In this document: positions 47,084 through 54,792 of the stretch, in pieces | Numbering within the stretch: position 1 is the stretch's first letter | Layout: every line of letters starts with the position of its first letter | Assembly (NCBI GenBank): GCA_045588325.1 | Contig: JAZNEA010000093.1 | Location: 1 to 54,792, forward strand | DNA length: 54,792 nt | Source of the DNA: Clostridia bacterium | GTDB taxonomy: Bacteria; Bacillota; Clostridia; RGIG7378 | Reading direction: 5' to 3' | Notes under the pieces: generated by a model | Databases searched by the model: none | The model's input: the letters and a program-made list of their open reading frames with translations, nothing else | Told to the model about the DNA's origin: nothing | Translations under genes and position numbers: made by a program

Positions 47084-48267
47084 AAACAGATACTAAGCTG
47101 ATGGAACTGATTCAGCGACTGATTGATAAGGAGTTGCTGACAGGACTGACAATCACTCCCAGCAAGGGGATCAGCACTGGCATAACTAAGGTAACAGCCC
47201 GCAAGGTTATTATCAAAGATAGAGCCAATTGGCAGTTTGAGGTGCGGCTGACTAAGCAGGTTCGCCACATTAACGTTTCAAATGTGGGAGGGGTATTCCT
47301 GGATCAGCTGGAGACTCTGTTGGATCAGTGTAGTTTCTCTACACTTAACCTAAAGACCACTGAGGGTATGTACCAGGTGGTAGCCAATCCCGACAGAGAG
47401 ACTGTCAAAATCATTCACCACAGCAGCAAGGTCGACTCCACGGTTCGGACCGAGGCGACTTCTCATAACAGGACCAAAAACTACATCATTCCTGAGGGAC
47501 AGCCCCTGAATTTTCTGCAGGAATTGGGAGTTATGGATGCCAGTGGCCGAGTGCTGCAGCCCATGCGAAGGAAATTTGTACAGATAAATAGATTCCTGGA
47601 GATAGTTGACGATATCTATTATTCACTGCCAAACAGAGATGTTTTGAGGATCGTGGATTTTGGTTGCGGCAAGTCCTATTTGACCTTTGCAATGTATTAC
47701 TATTTTACTGTGATTAAGGAGAGAACTGTGGATATGGTGGGCCTGGACCTTAAGGAACAGGTAATAGAGGATTGCAACAAACTGGCCGCTAACTGCGGGT
47801 TCCCCAAGCTGAGGTTTGAGACAGGTAGCATAGAGGAATACCGCCAGGGATATGCAGACACAGACATGGTGGTTACATTGCACGCCTGTGATACGGCCAC
47901 AGATGCTGCTTTAGAAAAGGCGGTTCTGGGGGAGGTGCCGGTAATATTGTCTGTGCCCTGTTGTCAGCACGAGTTAAATGGACAGATTCAGAACGAAACA
48001 TTGGCACCATTGCTGAAGTACGGCCTGCTAAAGGAGAGGTTTTCCGCGCTGCTGACAGACGCCCTGCGAGCCAGGATTCTGGAGCTTTGCGGGTACAAGG
48101 TGGATATTATCGAATTTGTAGATATGGAGCATACGCCCAAAAATTTGATGATCAAGGCAGTATATACCGGAGAACCACCATCAGCCCTTAAGAGGAGAGA
48201 ATATGACACCCTGGTTGGCGAAATGCAGGTACATCCATGGTTGGAGAGATTGGCGAAGCGAGGCTGA
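47080..48267 (+). CDS. SAM-dependent methyltransferase (Methyltransf_32-like)
   Basis: KFVQINRFLE, VDFGCGKSYLTF, LHACDTATD, VPCCQHE, HTPKN. Confidence 0.88.
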   Translation: MKTDTKLMELIQRLIDKELLTGLTITPSKGISTGITKVTARKVIIKDRANWQFEVRLTKQVRHINVSNVGGVFLDQLETLLDQCSFSTLNLKTTEGMYQVVANPDRETVKIIHHSSKVDSTVRTEATSHNRTKNYIIPEGQPLNFLQELGVMDASGRVLQPMRRKFVQINRFLEIVDDIYYSLPNRDVLRIVDFGCGKSYLTFAMYYYFTVIKERTVDMVGLDLKEQVIEDCNKLAANCGFPKLRFETGSIEEYRQGYADTDMVVTLHACDTATDAALEKAVLGEVPVILSVPCCQHELNGQIQNETLAPLLKYGLLKERFSALLTDALRARILELCGYKVDIIEFVDMEHTPKNLMIKAVYTGEPPSALKRREYDTLVGEMQVHPWLERLAKRG

Positions 48268-48280
48268 GCAGAGCTTCGCT

Positions 48281-48388
48281 AGTGAAGAGATAAGAGTTAA
48301 GAAAGTTGGTCAGTTTATAGTTGGCCAACTTTTTTATCTCTTCACTATTAGTTGTTAGTTGAACAAAGCTCTTAGTTATTAACTGAAC
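48281..48388. repeat. Heptamer-built inverted-repeat element, copy 3
   Basis: AGTGAAGAGATAA...TTATCTCTTCACT perfect 13-bp inverted repeat around AAAGTTGGTCAG-TTTATAG-TTGGCCAACTTT. Confidence 0.85.
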
Positions 48389-48551
48389 CGTTGCTCTTCG
48401 ACAGAAAACAGTCTTTTTCGATGCGCAATTTAGGATGGCGAAAATTGTCGGTATTTTGGGTGCGATTCCCTGAAAGCATTGAGATACAAGGGTTCCATGG
48501 GACTTGCAGAAGTGTCGAACAAAAAAAGACAGTTCAGAGTTGCTGTAAGAT

Positions 48552-48657
48552 TAGTTAAGAGATAAGAGATAAGAAGTAACAAAGTGGGCCAGTTTATAGT
48601 TGGCTAACTCATAACTAACCCACTTTCTTCACTCTTCACTCTTAGTTCTTAGCTGAA
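48552..48657. repeat. Heptamer-built inverted-repeat element, copy 4
   Basis: AGTTAAGAGATAAGAGATAAG...AAAGTGGGCCAG-TTTATAG-TTGGCTAACT...CACTCTTCACTCTTAGTTCTTAGCTGAA. Confidence 0.82.
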
Positions 48658-48674
48658 TTATTTTGGTGCGAAAA

Positions 48675-49355
48675 ATGAACCTTGAATTTATATGGAAGGG
48701 GATATTCCCCACAGTTTGTGTCATGTGTGGAGCGGTAACAGAGGACGCATCCACGCATATATGTGATGATTGCTACAGATCGCTGCCATTGAGAAAGGGC
48801 TTTTTTCTGTGTTGCCCCGCAAAAAGCGATGGGTTTCGGTATTGCAACGGCGTTTATTGCCCGCTTTACTACAGCGGCCAGGTTCCCGCCCTTGTTGGCG
48901 AGCTAAAGTTTGCCGGCCATCGGGAGGCGGCCAAAGCGCCTGCCCAGCTACTGGCCCAGATGCTGCGCCGCAGCAGCATGACCCTTCCGGGCCGCAATGT
49001 GTGCCTGGTGCCCATTCCCCTGCACCGGGACCGCCAGAGACGCAGGGGTTACAATCAGGCACAAGTCATTGCCGCAGAGGTGTCGGCCCGCACAGGCATA
49101 CCGCTGGACGAGGGCCTGTTGCTACGAGCTAACAACACAGACCCACAGCATCTGCGGGATCGACTACAGCGGCTGGCGATGGACGCCGGCTTCGTAGCCT
49201 CTCCCAGGGCCCGTGGCAAAGTTATAATACTAGTGGATGACGTAATAACCACGGGCGTCACCATGGAGGCTGCTGCCTTGGCGTTACGCCAGCAGGGAGC
49301 AACTGGAGTGTATTACGCTGCGGCCGCCGGGAACCTGCCGCTCTTACCTGAGTGA
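48675..49355 (+). CDS. comF: ComF family protein (zinc ribbon + PRTase-like domain)
   Basis: CVMC..CDDC, PIPLH, RGYNQA, LVDDVITTGVT; start could be 48663. Confidence 0.88.
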   Translation: MNLEFIWKGIFPTVCVMCGAVTEDASTHICDDCYRSLPLRKGFFLCCPAKSDGFRYCNGVYCPLYYSGQVPALVGELKFAGHREAAKAPAQLLAQMLRRSSMTLPGRNVCLVPIPLHRDRQRRRGYNQAQVIAAEVSARTGIPLDEGLLLRANNTDPQHLRDRLQRLAMDAGFVASPRARGKVIILVDDVITTGVTMEAAALALRQQGATGVYYAAAAGNLPLLPE

Positions 49356-49498
49356 GCAGGCCTTTACAAAAGCTCTGTTAGGCCGTAAACTTGATTTATT
49401 TTCTGTATATTTACATATTAGGGAATGCAAAGTTCTTTGATTTGTGGCACAATATACGATATATATGCAGGAGTCCCTGCTTATTAATTGGAGGACAT

Positions 49499-50443
49499 AT
49501 GATAGAGATATCACATCTGATTAAACAATATGGCGATATACACGCCGTAAATGATATCAGCTTCACCGTTGAGGATGGAGAGGTTTTGGGTTTCTTGGGA
49601 CCCAACGGAGCAGGCAAATCTACGACCATGAATATTCTCACTGGATTTATCCCATATACCAGTGGAGCCATTCGTGTTAATGGTCACGAGATTATGGAGG
49701 AGCCAGAGGCCGTTAAGAAGATGATCGGTTATTTGCCGGAGATTCCGCCCCTCTATATGGATATGACAGTTATAGAGTATCTTAAGTTTGCCGCAGAGCT
49801 TAAGAAGATCCCAAAGGCAGAGAGGCCTGGTCAGGTTGCTATGGCTATGGATATGCTTAAGATTGCCGACCACTCACACAGATTGATTCGCAACCTGTCC
49901 AAGGGATATAAGCAGCGTGTTGGTTTTGCTCAGGCTCTGTTGGGCAATCCAGAGGTTTTGGTCCTGGACGAGCCCACCGTAGGACTTGACCCCAACCAGA
50001 TTTTGGAGATCCGCAAGATTATCAAGAGATTAGGGCAAAAGCACACTATTATCCTCAGCACACACATCATGCAGGAGGTTAGTGCAGTATGTGACCGCGT
50101 TGTTATTATCAACAAAGGCCGCATCGTAGCAATTGATACGCCCGACAATCTTTCGAGGCATCTTACTGGTGCAGGAGCTTTGTCTGTTACTGTTTCTGGC
50201 CCAGAAAAGGAGATTATTAACTGCATTCGTGCAGTTGCGGGAGTTAAGAGCGTCAGGGTTGGCGCAGACAGAGGCGAAAACGGCAAGGTTTATGATGTTA
50301 CATCAGACTCTCAGGTAGATGTTCGCAAGTCTGTTTCTCTTGCATTGGGCAAGGCTGGATATCCCGTAACAGAGATGAGGGCTACAGACAAGTCTTTGGA
50401 GGAGATCTTCCATGAGCTCACCACCGAAGGAGGCAAGAAATAA
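49499..50443 (+). CDS. ABC transporter ATP-binding protein (GldA-like)
   Basis: GPNGAGKS, LSKGYKQRVG, LDEPTVGLDP, STH; ATG behind GGAGG. Confidence 0.92.
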   Translation: MIEISHLIKQYGDIHAVNDISFTVEDGEVLGFLGPNGAGKSTTMNILTGFIPYTSGAIRVNGHEIMEEPEAVKKMIGYLPEIPPLYMDMTVIEYLKFAAELKKIPKAERPGQVAMAMDMLKIADHSHRLIRNLSKGYKQRVGFAQALLGNPEVLVLDEPTVGLDPNQILEIRKIIKRLGQKHTIILSTHIMQEVSAVCDRVVIINKGRIVAIDTPDNLSRHLTGAGALSVTVSGPEKEIINCIRAVAGVKSVRVGADRGENGKVYDVTSDSQVDVRKSVSLALGKAGYPVTEMRATDKSLEEIFHELTTEGGKK

Positions 50444-51147
50444 TGAAGGCAGTTTTTAAACGCGAGTTCCGTGCATATTTTCAGTCACCCATTGCCTACG
50501 TGGCAATCGGAACCTTTTTCTTTGTGGCAGCGCTGCTGTACGTCATCGGCAACCTGCTTATTGGAGACGGCGATTTTGTTAACATTCTCAGCAATTTGAC
50601 TTTTGCTCTCATGGTTATTACTCCCGTTTTGACCATGCGTATTATGTCTGATGACCGCAAGAACGGCACAGAGGTTTTGTTGGTCACTTCGCCCACCACA
50701 ACAGCAGAGGTGGTTGTGGGCAAATACCTGGCAGCTCTGTGCGTGTTCCTTATCATGGTAGCAACTTCTGTGATTTTCCCACTTATTACGACCATTTATG
50801 GTAGCCCTTCCATGGCAGCTATAGTTAGCTGCTACATTGGCTTCATACTGTTGGGAGCCAGCTATTTGGCTATAGGCGTATTTGCATCCTCCCTTACAGA
50901 GAATCAGATCGTTTCTGCCTTGATTACACTGGTGTTTATTATCTTTATGTTCGTAATAGATGCCTTGGTGGCGGTTACGGGATGGTTTGGAACAGTGTTG
51001 TCATGGTTATCTCTGTTGTCACGCTTTGACCCCTTCTCTCTCAGCGTGCTCAGTCTGACATCCATTTTCTACTATTTGACATTTATTGCAGTGGTCCTGT
51101 TTGTTACAGTAGTCAGCGTGGATCGCAGGCGTTGGAAGAGCAACTAA
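50443..51147 (+). CDS. ABC-2 permease (GldF-like)
   Basis: REFRAYFQSPIAY, PVLTMR, VVVGKYLA. Confidence 0.9.
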   Translation: MKAVFKREFRAYFQSPIAYVAIGTFFFVAALLYVIGNLLIGDGDFVNILSNLTFALMVITPVLTMRIMSDDRKNGTEVLLVTSPTTTAEVVVGKYLAALCVFLIMVATSVIFPLITTIYGSPSMAAIVSCYIGFILLGASYLAIGVFASSLTENQIVSALITLVFIIFMFVIDALVAVTGWFGTVLSWLSLLSRFDPFSLSVLSLTSIFYYLTFIAVVLFVTVVSVDRRRWKSN

Positions 51148-51160
51148 GGAGGGTGTAGAG

Positions 51161-52672
51161 ATGAAGAACAATAAGAAAAATTCACAGTCTTCTAACCTGG
51201 CACAGAAGACCGCCCGCATGAGAAACCTTAAGCAGGGCACAGGATCCCTGATTCTGGTGGCAGCTGTTGTAGCAATAGCTGTAGTGCTCAACGTGTTTGT
51301 TGGACTACTGGATATTAAGTTTGATATGACATCCAACGACCTTTACTCCCTCACGGAGGAGAACAAGGAGTTCCTGGATCAGGTCAAGGATACCAACATC
51401 GAAATATATGGTCTTTTTGATGTGAATAACTTGCCCAGTTCCGACTACAACCTGATTATGCAGCTTCTGGAGGACTACAGTGTCAATTACAGGAATATCA
51501 AGGTCACATATATAGACCCTGACAGGAATCCTGAGCTCCTCAACAAACTGGACCCCATGGGCACACTGGACTACACAACAGGAGATTTCATCGTAATTAA
51601 CGGAGATGGTGTAGATCAGGATGGCTCCTACTATTCTGCCAAGAAGAAGGTAGTCAGAAAGGATTCTCTGTTTTATCAGGAGACTGACGGTGCCGGAGTT
51701 GTATACAACTATTCAATGAGAGCAGAGCAGGCTATTAGTGGCGCTATCAACTACGTAGCCTCCGAAAAAACGCCTACTATCTACTACCTCACAGGTCATG
51801 GAGAACCAGATTTTAAGACAAACTTTTCACATATGGTGGAACAGCTGGATTATTCCAACTATGCAGTAGCGGCATTGGATCTGGTAGCTAATAGTCAGGT
51901 GCCGGAGGACGCGGCGATGCTGTTGGTTGTCAACCCCACCAAGGATATTTCCACAGACGAAAAGGTAAAGATTAACGATTATCTCAAGTCGGCAGATGGT
52001 AACCTCATCGTAATTTGTGAGGCAGCCAGCAAGGGCGAGGAGTACAACAATCTCCAGAGTGTGATGTCGGCATACAACCTTACTATGAACAATGACCTGG
52101 TGGCTGAGGCTTCCAGATACCTGGTAAGCGACGCCCAGAGCGCTAACGTTTTCCGAGTAATTCCGTCAAGGGACGACAAGATCCTGACAGCTAACAACAT
52201 GAATGAGTATCAGCTCATCATGGGATTCAGCCGCAGCATCCGCTTCCTGAGCAACTACAACCAGTCCTTGGACCAGATTAGTTTGTTGACCACATCCAGC
52301 TCAGCTACAACTACATCCATGGTAGAGGGACAGTCTGGTTCCAGCGGTTCCATGATGCTGGGCGCAGCGGTTTCGTCAGCCAGTGGCTCCAAGGTAGCTC
52401 TGTTTGGTAGCAGCACATTTATCGCAGATTCCATTTTCTCCGGTTATATAGCAAACTGGATGGCAGGCGCAGTAGTTTTCAAGAGTGTGGTGGAGTGGAT
52501 GGTTCCAGTTGAGAATGCCATCAACATCCAGGCAAAGGTTATTCACACTGATAACAACCTGTATGTTTCTAATATTGATGTTATATTAGTGGCTCTGGTC
52601 TGCGTTATTGTAGTACCTCTGGTAATCATAGCAACTGGAGTTGTCGTATGGATGAAGAGGAGAAATAAGTAA
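51161..52672 (+). CDS. GldG-like ABC auxiliary component
   Basis: DMTSNDLYSLTEE, YIDPDRNP, YLTGHGE, PTKDIS, C-terminal TM. Confidence 0.85.
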   Translation: MKNNKKNSQSSNLAQKTARMRNLKQGTGSLILVAAVVAIAVVLNVFVGLLDIKFDMTSNDLYSLTEENKEFLDQVKDTNIEIYGLFDVNNLPSSDYNLIMQLLEDYSVNYRNIKVTYIDPDRNPELLNKLDPMGTLDYTTGDFIVINGDGVDQDGSYYSAKKKVVRKDSLFYQETDGAGVVYNYSMRAEQAISGAINYVASEKTPTIYYLTGHGEPDFKTNFSHMVEQLDYSNYAVAALDLVANSQVPEDAAMLLVVNPTKDISTDEKVKINDYLKSADGNLIVICEAASKGEEYNNLQSVMSAYNLTMNNDLVAEASRYLVSDAQSANVFRVIPSRDDKILTANNMNEYQLIMGFSRSIRFLSNYNQSLDQISLLTTSSSATTTSMVEGQSGSSGSMMLGAAVSSASGSKVALFGSSTFIADSIFSGYIANWMAGAVVFKSVVEWMVPVENAINIQAKVIHTDNNLYVSNIDVILVALVCVIVVPLVIIATGVVVWMKRRNK

Positions 52673-54045
52673 TGAGCAAGGGCACAAGAAACCTCATTAT
52701 AGTGGTAGTGGTGGCTGTCGTTTTGGCAGGAGCAGTATTTGGAGGCAAGGCCTTGATAGACTATATCCAGGCTGTGCGTACCCCCGAGACCACAGAAGAG
52801 GACACGTCAAAGGTTCTGATTAACATTACCAACTACAACTTTATAGAGAAACTCACCATAGACAATTCCTATGGTTTGGTTACGTTCACAAACACAGACA
52901 ACGGCTGGGTTTTGGAATCAGATGACATCTCTGCAGACCCAAAGCTGATTGAGGTTTACGTCATGCTTGCCTCCTATATCAAGGGAGCAAAGTTGGTCGA
53001 GGAGAATGTTTCAGACAGGTCATTGTATGGACTCAACAACCCCATCAGAGTTACGTTGACGCTCAAGGCTGGAGAGGAGACGTTTTTGTTGGGCGGCCTC
53101 ACTCCCACAGAGGAGTCCTTCTACGTTATGAAGGAGGGCGAAAATGCGGTGTACACCCTGGATGCCAATTACAATTTGAGAGTTGGCCCCTTAGATCTTG
53201 GCAGTTACTTTGCCATGAATGTTATCTCACTGGTTGTGGACAAGGATTTCTTCCCGGACAGCGATTACAATTATCTCCATTTCCAGAGAGATGATCAGGT
53301 GGTTATTGAGACGTCCAAGAATGAGGATTTGACATGGACGATGTCCGCCCCCATTCGCATCCAGACAGAGGCAACCAGCTTGTCCGTTATCTTCGTCTCC
53401 ATGAGAGATTGTCAGATAGTACAGTATCTTGGCAAAGAGTTGGATGACAAAACCCTGGAGGAATACGGCTTGGTTACGCCAAAGTACGTGATCAAGTACA
53501 CCTGCGACAGTGGCAAGGAGCGCACCATCAATTTTGGCAAGGATTCGTCCTCCTCCTGCATCTACGCCATGGACACAGATACGGGAGTTGTAGTAACTCT
53601 CAGCAAGGGCGACCTGGAATTCCTGGACAACAAGGCAGTAGACTTGGTTTCTTACGTTATCTACACAGAAAAGGTTGTTGACCACTCCAAGGTTACAGCC
53701 ACATGGCAGGGAGGTTCAGCCCTGTTGGATCTGCCTGTCGGCGACGAGACCGAAACCTTCCTGAACGGCAGACCAGTAACCAGCGATGAGGTTTCTGAGA
53801 TTTACACCGTAATGTTGTCAGCTATGCAGCCCTACGACATCGAGGCAGATGCACAGCCTCAGGGAGCCAAGGCCTTGACCATTACCTTTGAGAAAAAGGA
53901 TGGAACGACAAGGGAGTTCTCTTTTGTAGCCAAGGTAAATCCTGAGGACAACAAGGTATACGAGTACTACCTCTTTGACAATGGCGAATACACCGGCATT
54001 CTTGTTTCTGCCAGAGACGTAGAAATGGTGATGGAGCTTCGTTAA
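52672..54045 (+). CDS. DUF4340-like membrane-anchored protein
   Basis: N-terminal TM; two YGL..P repeats; usual position after GldG-like genes. Confidence 0.75.
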   Translation: MSKGTRNLIIVVVVAVVLAGAVFGGKALIDYIQAVRTPETTEEDTSKVLINITNYNFIEKLTIDNSYGLVTFTNTDNGWVLESDDISADPKLIEVYVMLASYIKGAKLVEENVSDRSLYGLNNPIRVTLTLKAGEETFLLGGLTPTEESFYVMKEGENAVYTLDANYNLRVGPLDLGSYFAMNVISLVVDKDFFPDSDYNYLHFQRDDQVVIETSKNEDLTWTMSAPIRIQTEATSLSVIFVSMRDCQIVQYLGKELDDKTLEEYGLVTPKYVIKYTCDSGKERTINFGKDSSSSCIYAMDTDTGVVVTLSKGDLEFLDNKAVDLVSYVIYTEKVVDHSKVTATWQGGSALLDLPVGDETETFLNGRPVTSDEVSEIYTVMLSAMQPYDIEADAQPQGAKALTITFEKKDGTTREFSFVAKVNPEDNKVYEYYLFDNGEYTGILVSARDVEMVMELR

Positions 54046-54268
54046 GTGAAAGGTGAAGAGTTGTTACTTTGGACCGACCCAAAGTAACCAAAAGTCGCCG
54101 GCTACTCCCGCAAGCGCCGAAGGCACGGCTTAGGGCGCAGCCCTAAGAACCCTAGGTTGTTTAGTTAACAACTAAGAGATAAGAGTTAAGAAAGTTGGTT
54201 AGCTGATAGCTGGCCAACTTTTTTGTTTTGTCTCATAAGCTTTTTCGCTTTTCACTGTTCATTTTCGC
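54043..54268. repeat. Heptamer-built element, copy 5, interrupted by a second multi-hairpin element (~54063-54160)
   Basis: AAGTGAAAGGTGAAGAGTT | insert | AAGAGATAAGAGTTAAGAAAGTTGGTTAG-CTGATAG-CTGGCCAACTTT...CGCTTTTCACT. Confidence 0.78.
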
Positions 54269-54277
54269 AACATAGGC

Positions 54278-54306
54278 TTGACCTGGGTTCTATTTTGTCG
54301 TAATCT
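54278..54306 (+). promoter_or_regulatory. Possible sigma-70 promoter
   Basis: TTGACC-17 bp-TAATCT. Confidence 0.45.
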
Positions 54307-54373
54307 CCTTTTAATGTTTTAGTTACAAAATGTAAAAAATCAGGGTATCAAAAAATTAATTAGGGGGAAAACG

Positions 54374-54787
54374 ATGAAAAAGGTATTGTCTTTGATTTTG
54401 GTGTTGGCAATGCTGATTACAGTGATTCCTGTAATCTCGCCAACCATTCGAGTGGAGGCAGCACAGACATTTTCGGCAGCAAAAGTGACTGTGTCCAACG
54501 CGGGTCAGACCAGATTTCAGTTTAAGGTTAATGGAGTCAATGTTAAAAGTGGCGACACAATAGATATGATTGTAAACCTTAGTGACATTCAGGGAACGAC
54601 TACGAAAGGGGGCACAGATGCAACTAGTGCATCCGTTGCAACCATAACTGTAAGAGATAACGTATCAAACACCAAGTATGTAGATGGTGAGTCCTTTAGC
54701 TCGTTCTCTACATCACTTGGAGATGGGTGGTACAAGGTTTCCATTCCTGCCACATGTTCAAGTACACAGCTTAAAGTCGGATCGTAG
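54374..54787 (+). CDS. Secreted beta-rich protein, possibly the truncated start of a larger surface protein
   Basis: Signal peptide MKKVLSLILVLAMLITVIP...VEA; RBS GGGGG; S/T/V-rich; stop 5 bp from the window end. Confidence 0.6.
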   Translation: MKKVLSLILVLAMLITVIPVISPTIRVEAAQTFSAAKVTVSNAGQTRFQFKVNGVNVKSGDTIDMIVNLSDIQGTTTKGGTDATSASVATITVRDNVSNTKYVDGESFSSFSTSLGDGWYKVSIPATCSSTQLKVGS

Positions 54788-54792
54788 CCATG

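Noticed and set aside
48389-48551. CRISPR leader-like sequence
   Set aside because: Only a vague resemblance; no repeat-spacer array follows

Overview
Chromosomal window from a Bacillota (Clostridia-like, probably spore-forming) bacterium; the taxonomy is inferred from gene content (sigH, Clostridia-type cdaR-ftsEX-envC-ctpA block, class B sortase, SipW). It is mostly housekeeping and transport: marR, pheA-pepT, a GH1 glucosidase, a ZIP transporter, a sugar ABC ATPase, ftsEX-envC-ctpA-MTase-hslO, five tRNAs (Ala, Asp, Phe, Gly, Cys), a large Opp-type ABC operon, ABC exporters, sipW plus a pilin-like protein, a GH36-like protein, srtB-sigH-radA, MBOAT/DHHW, rlmD, comF and a Gld-like ABC module. 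I found no integrase, transposase, phage genes or CRISPR array. Most notable: (1) a translationally coupled TPR-TIR + PP2C-like gene pair behind pepT, a candidate defence or signalling module; (2) a dispersed family of non-coding heptamer-built inverted-repeat elements (5 copies), one carrying a second hairpin element; (3) an Opp system with large insertions in its subunits (~400 aa in OppD); (4) a SipW-signal/Spy0128-like pilin chimera with a PPTG sorting motif; (5) a GH36 homologue lacking its catalytic motifs. Several single-base lesions (in-frame TGA in the sugar ATPase, frameshift in sipW) could be real or assembly errors. All family assignments come from motif recognition by eye, not database searches.
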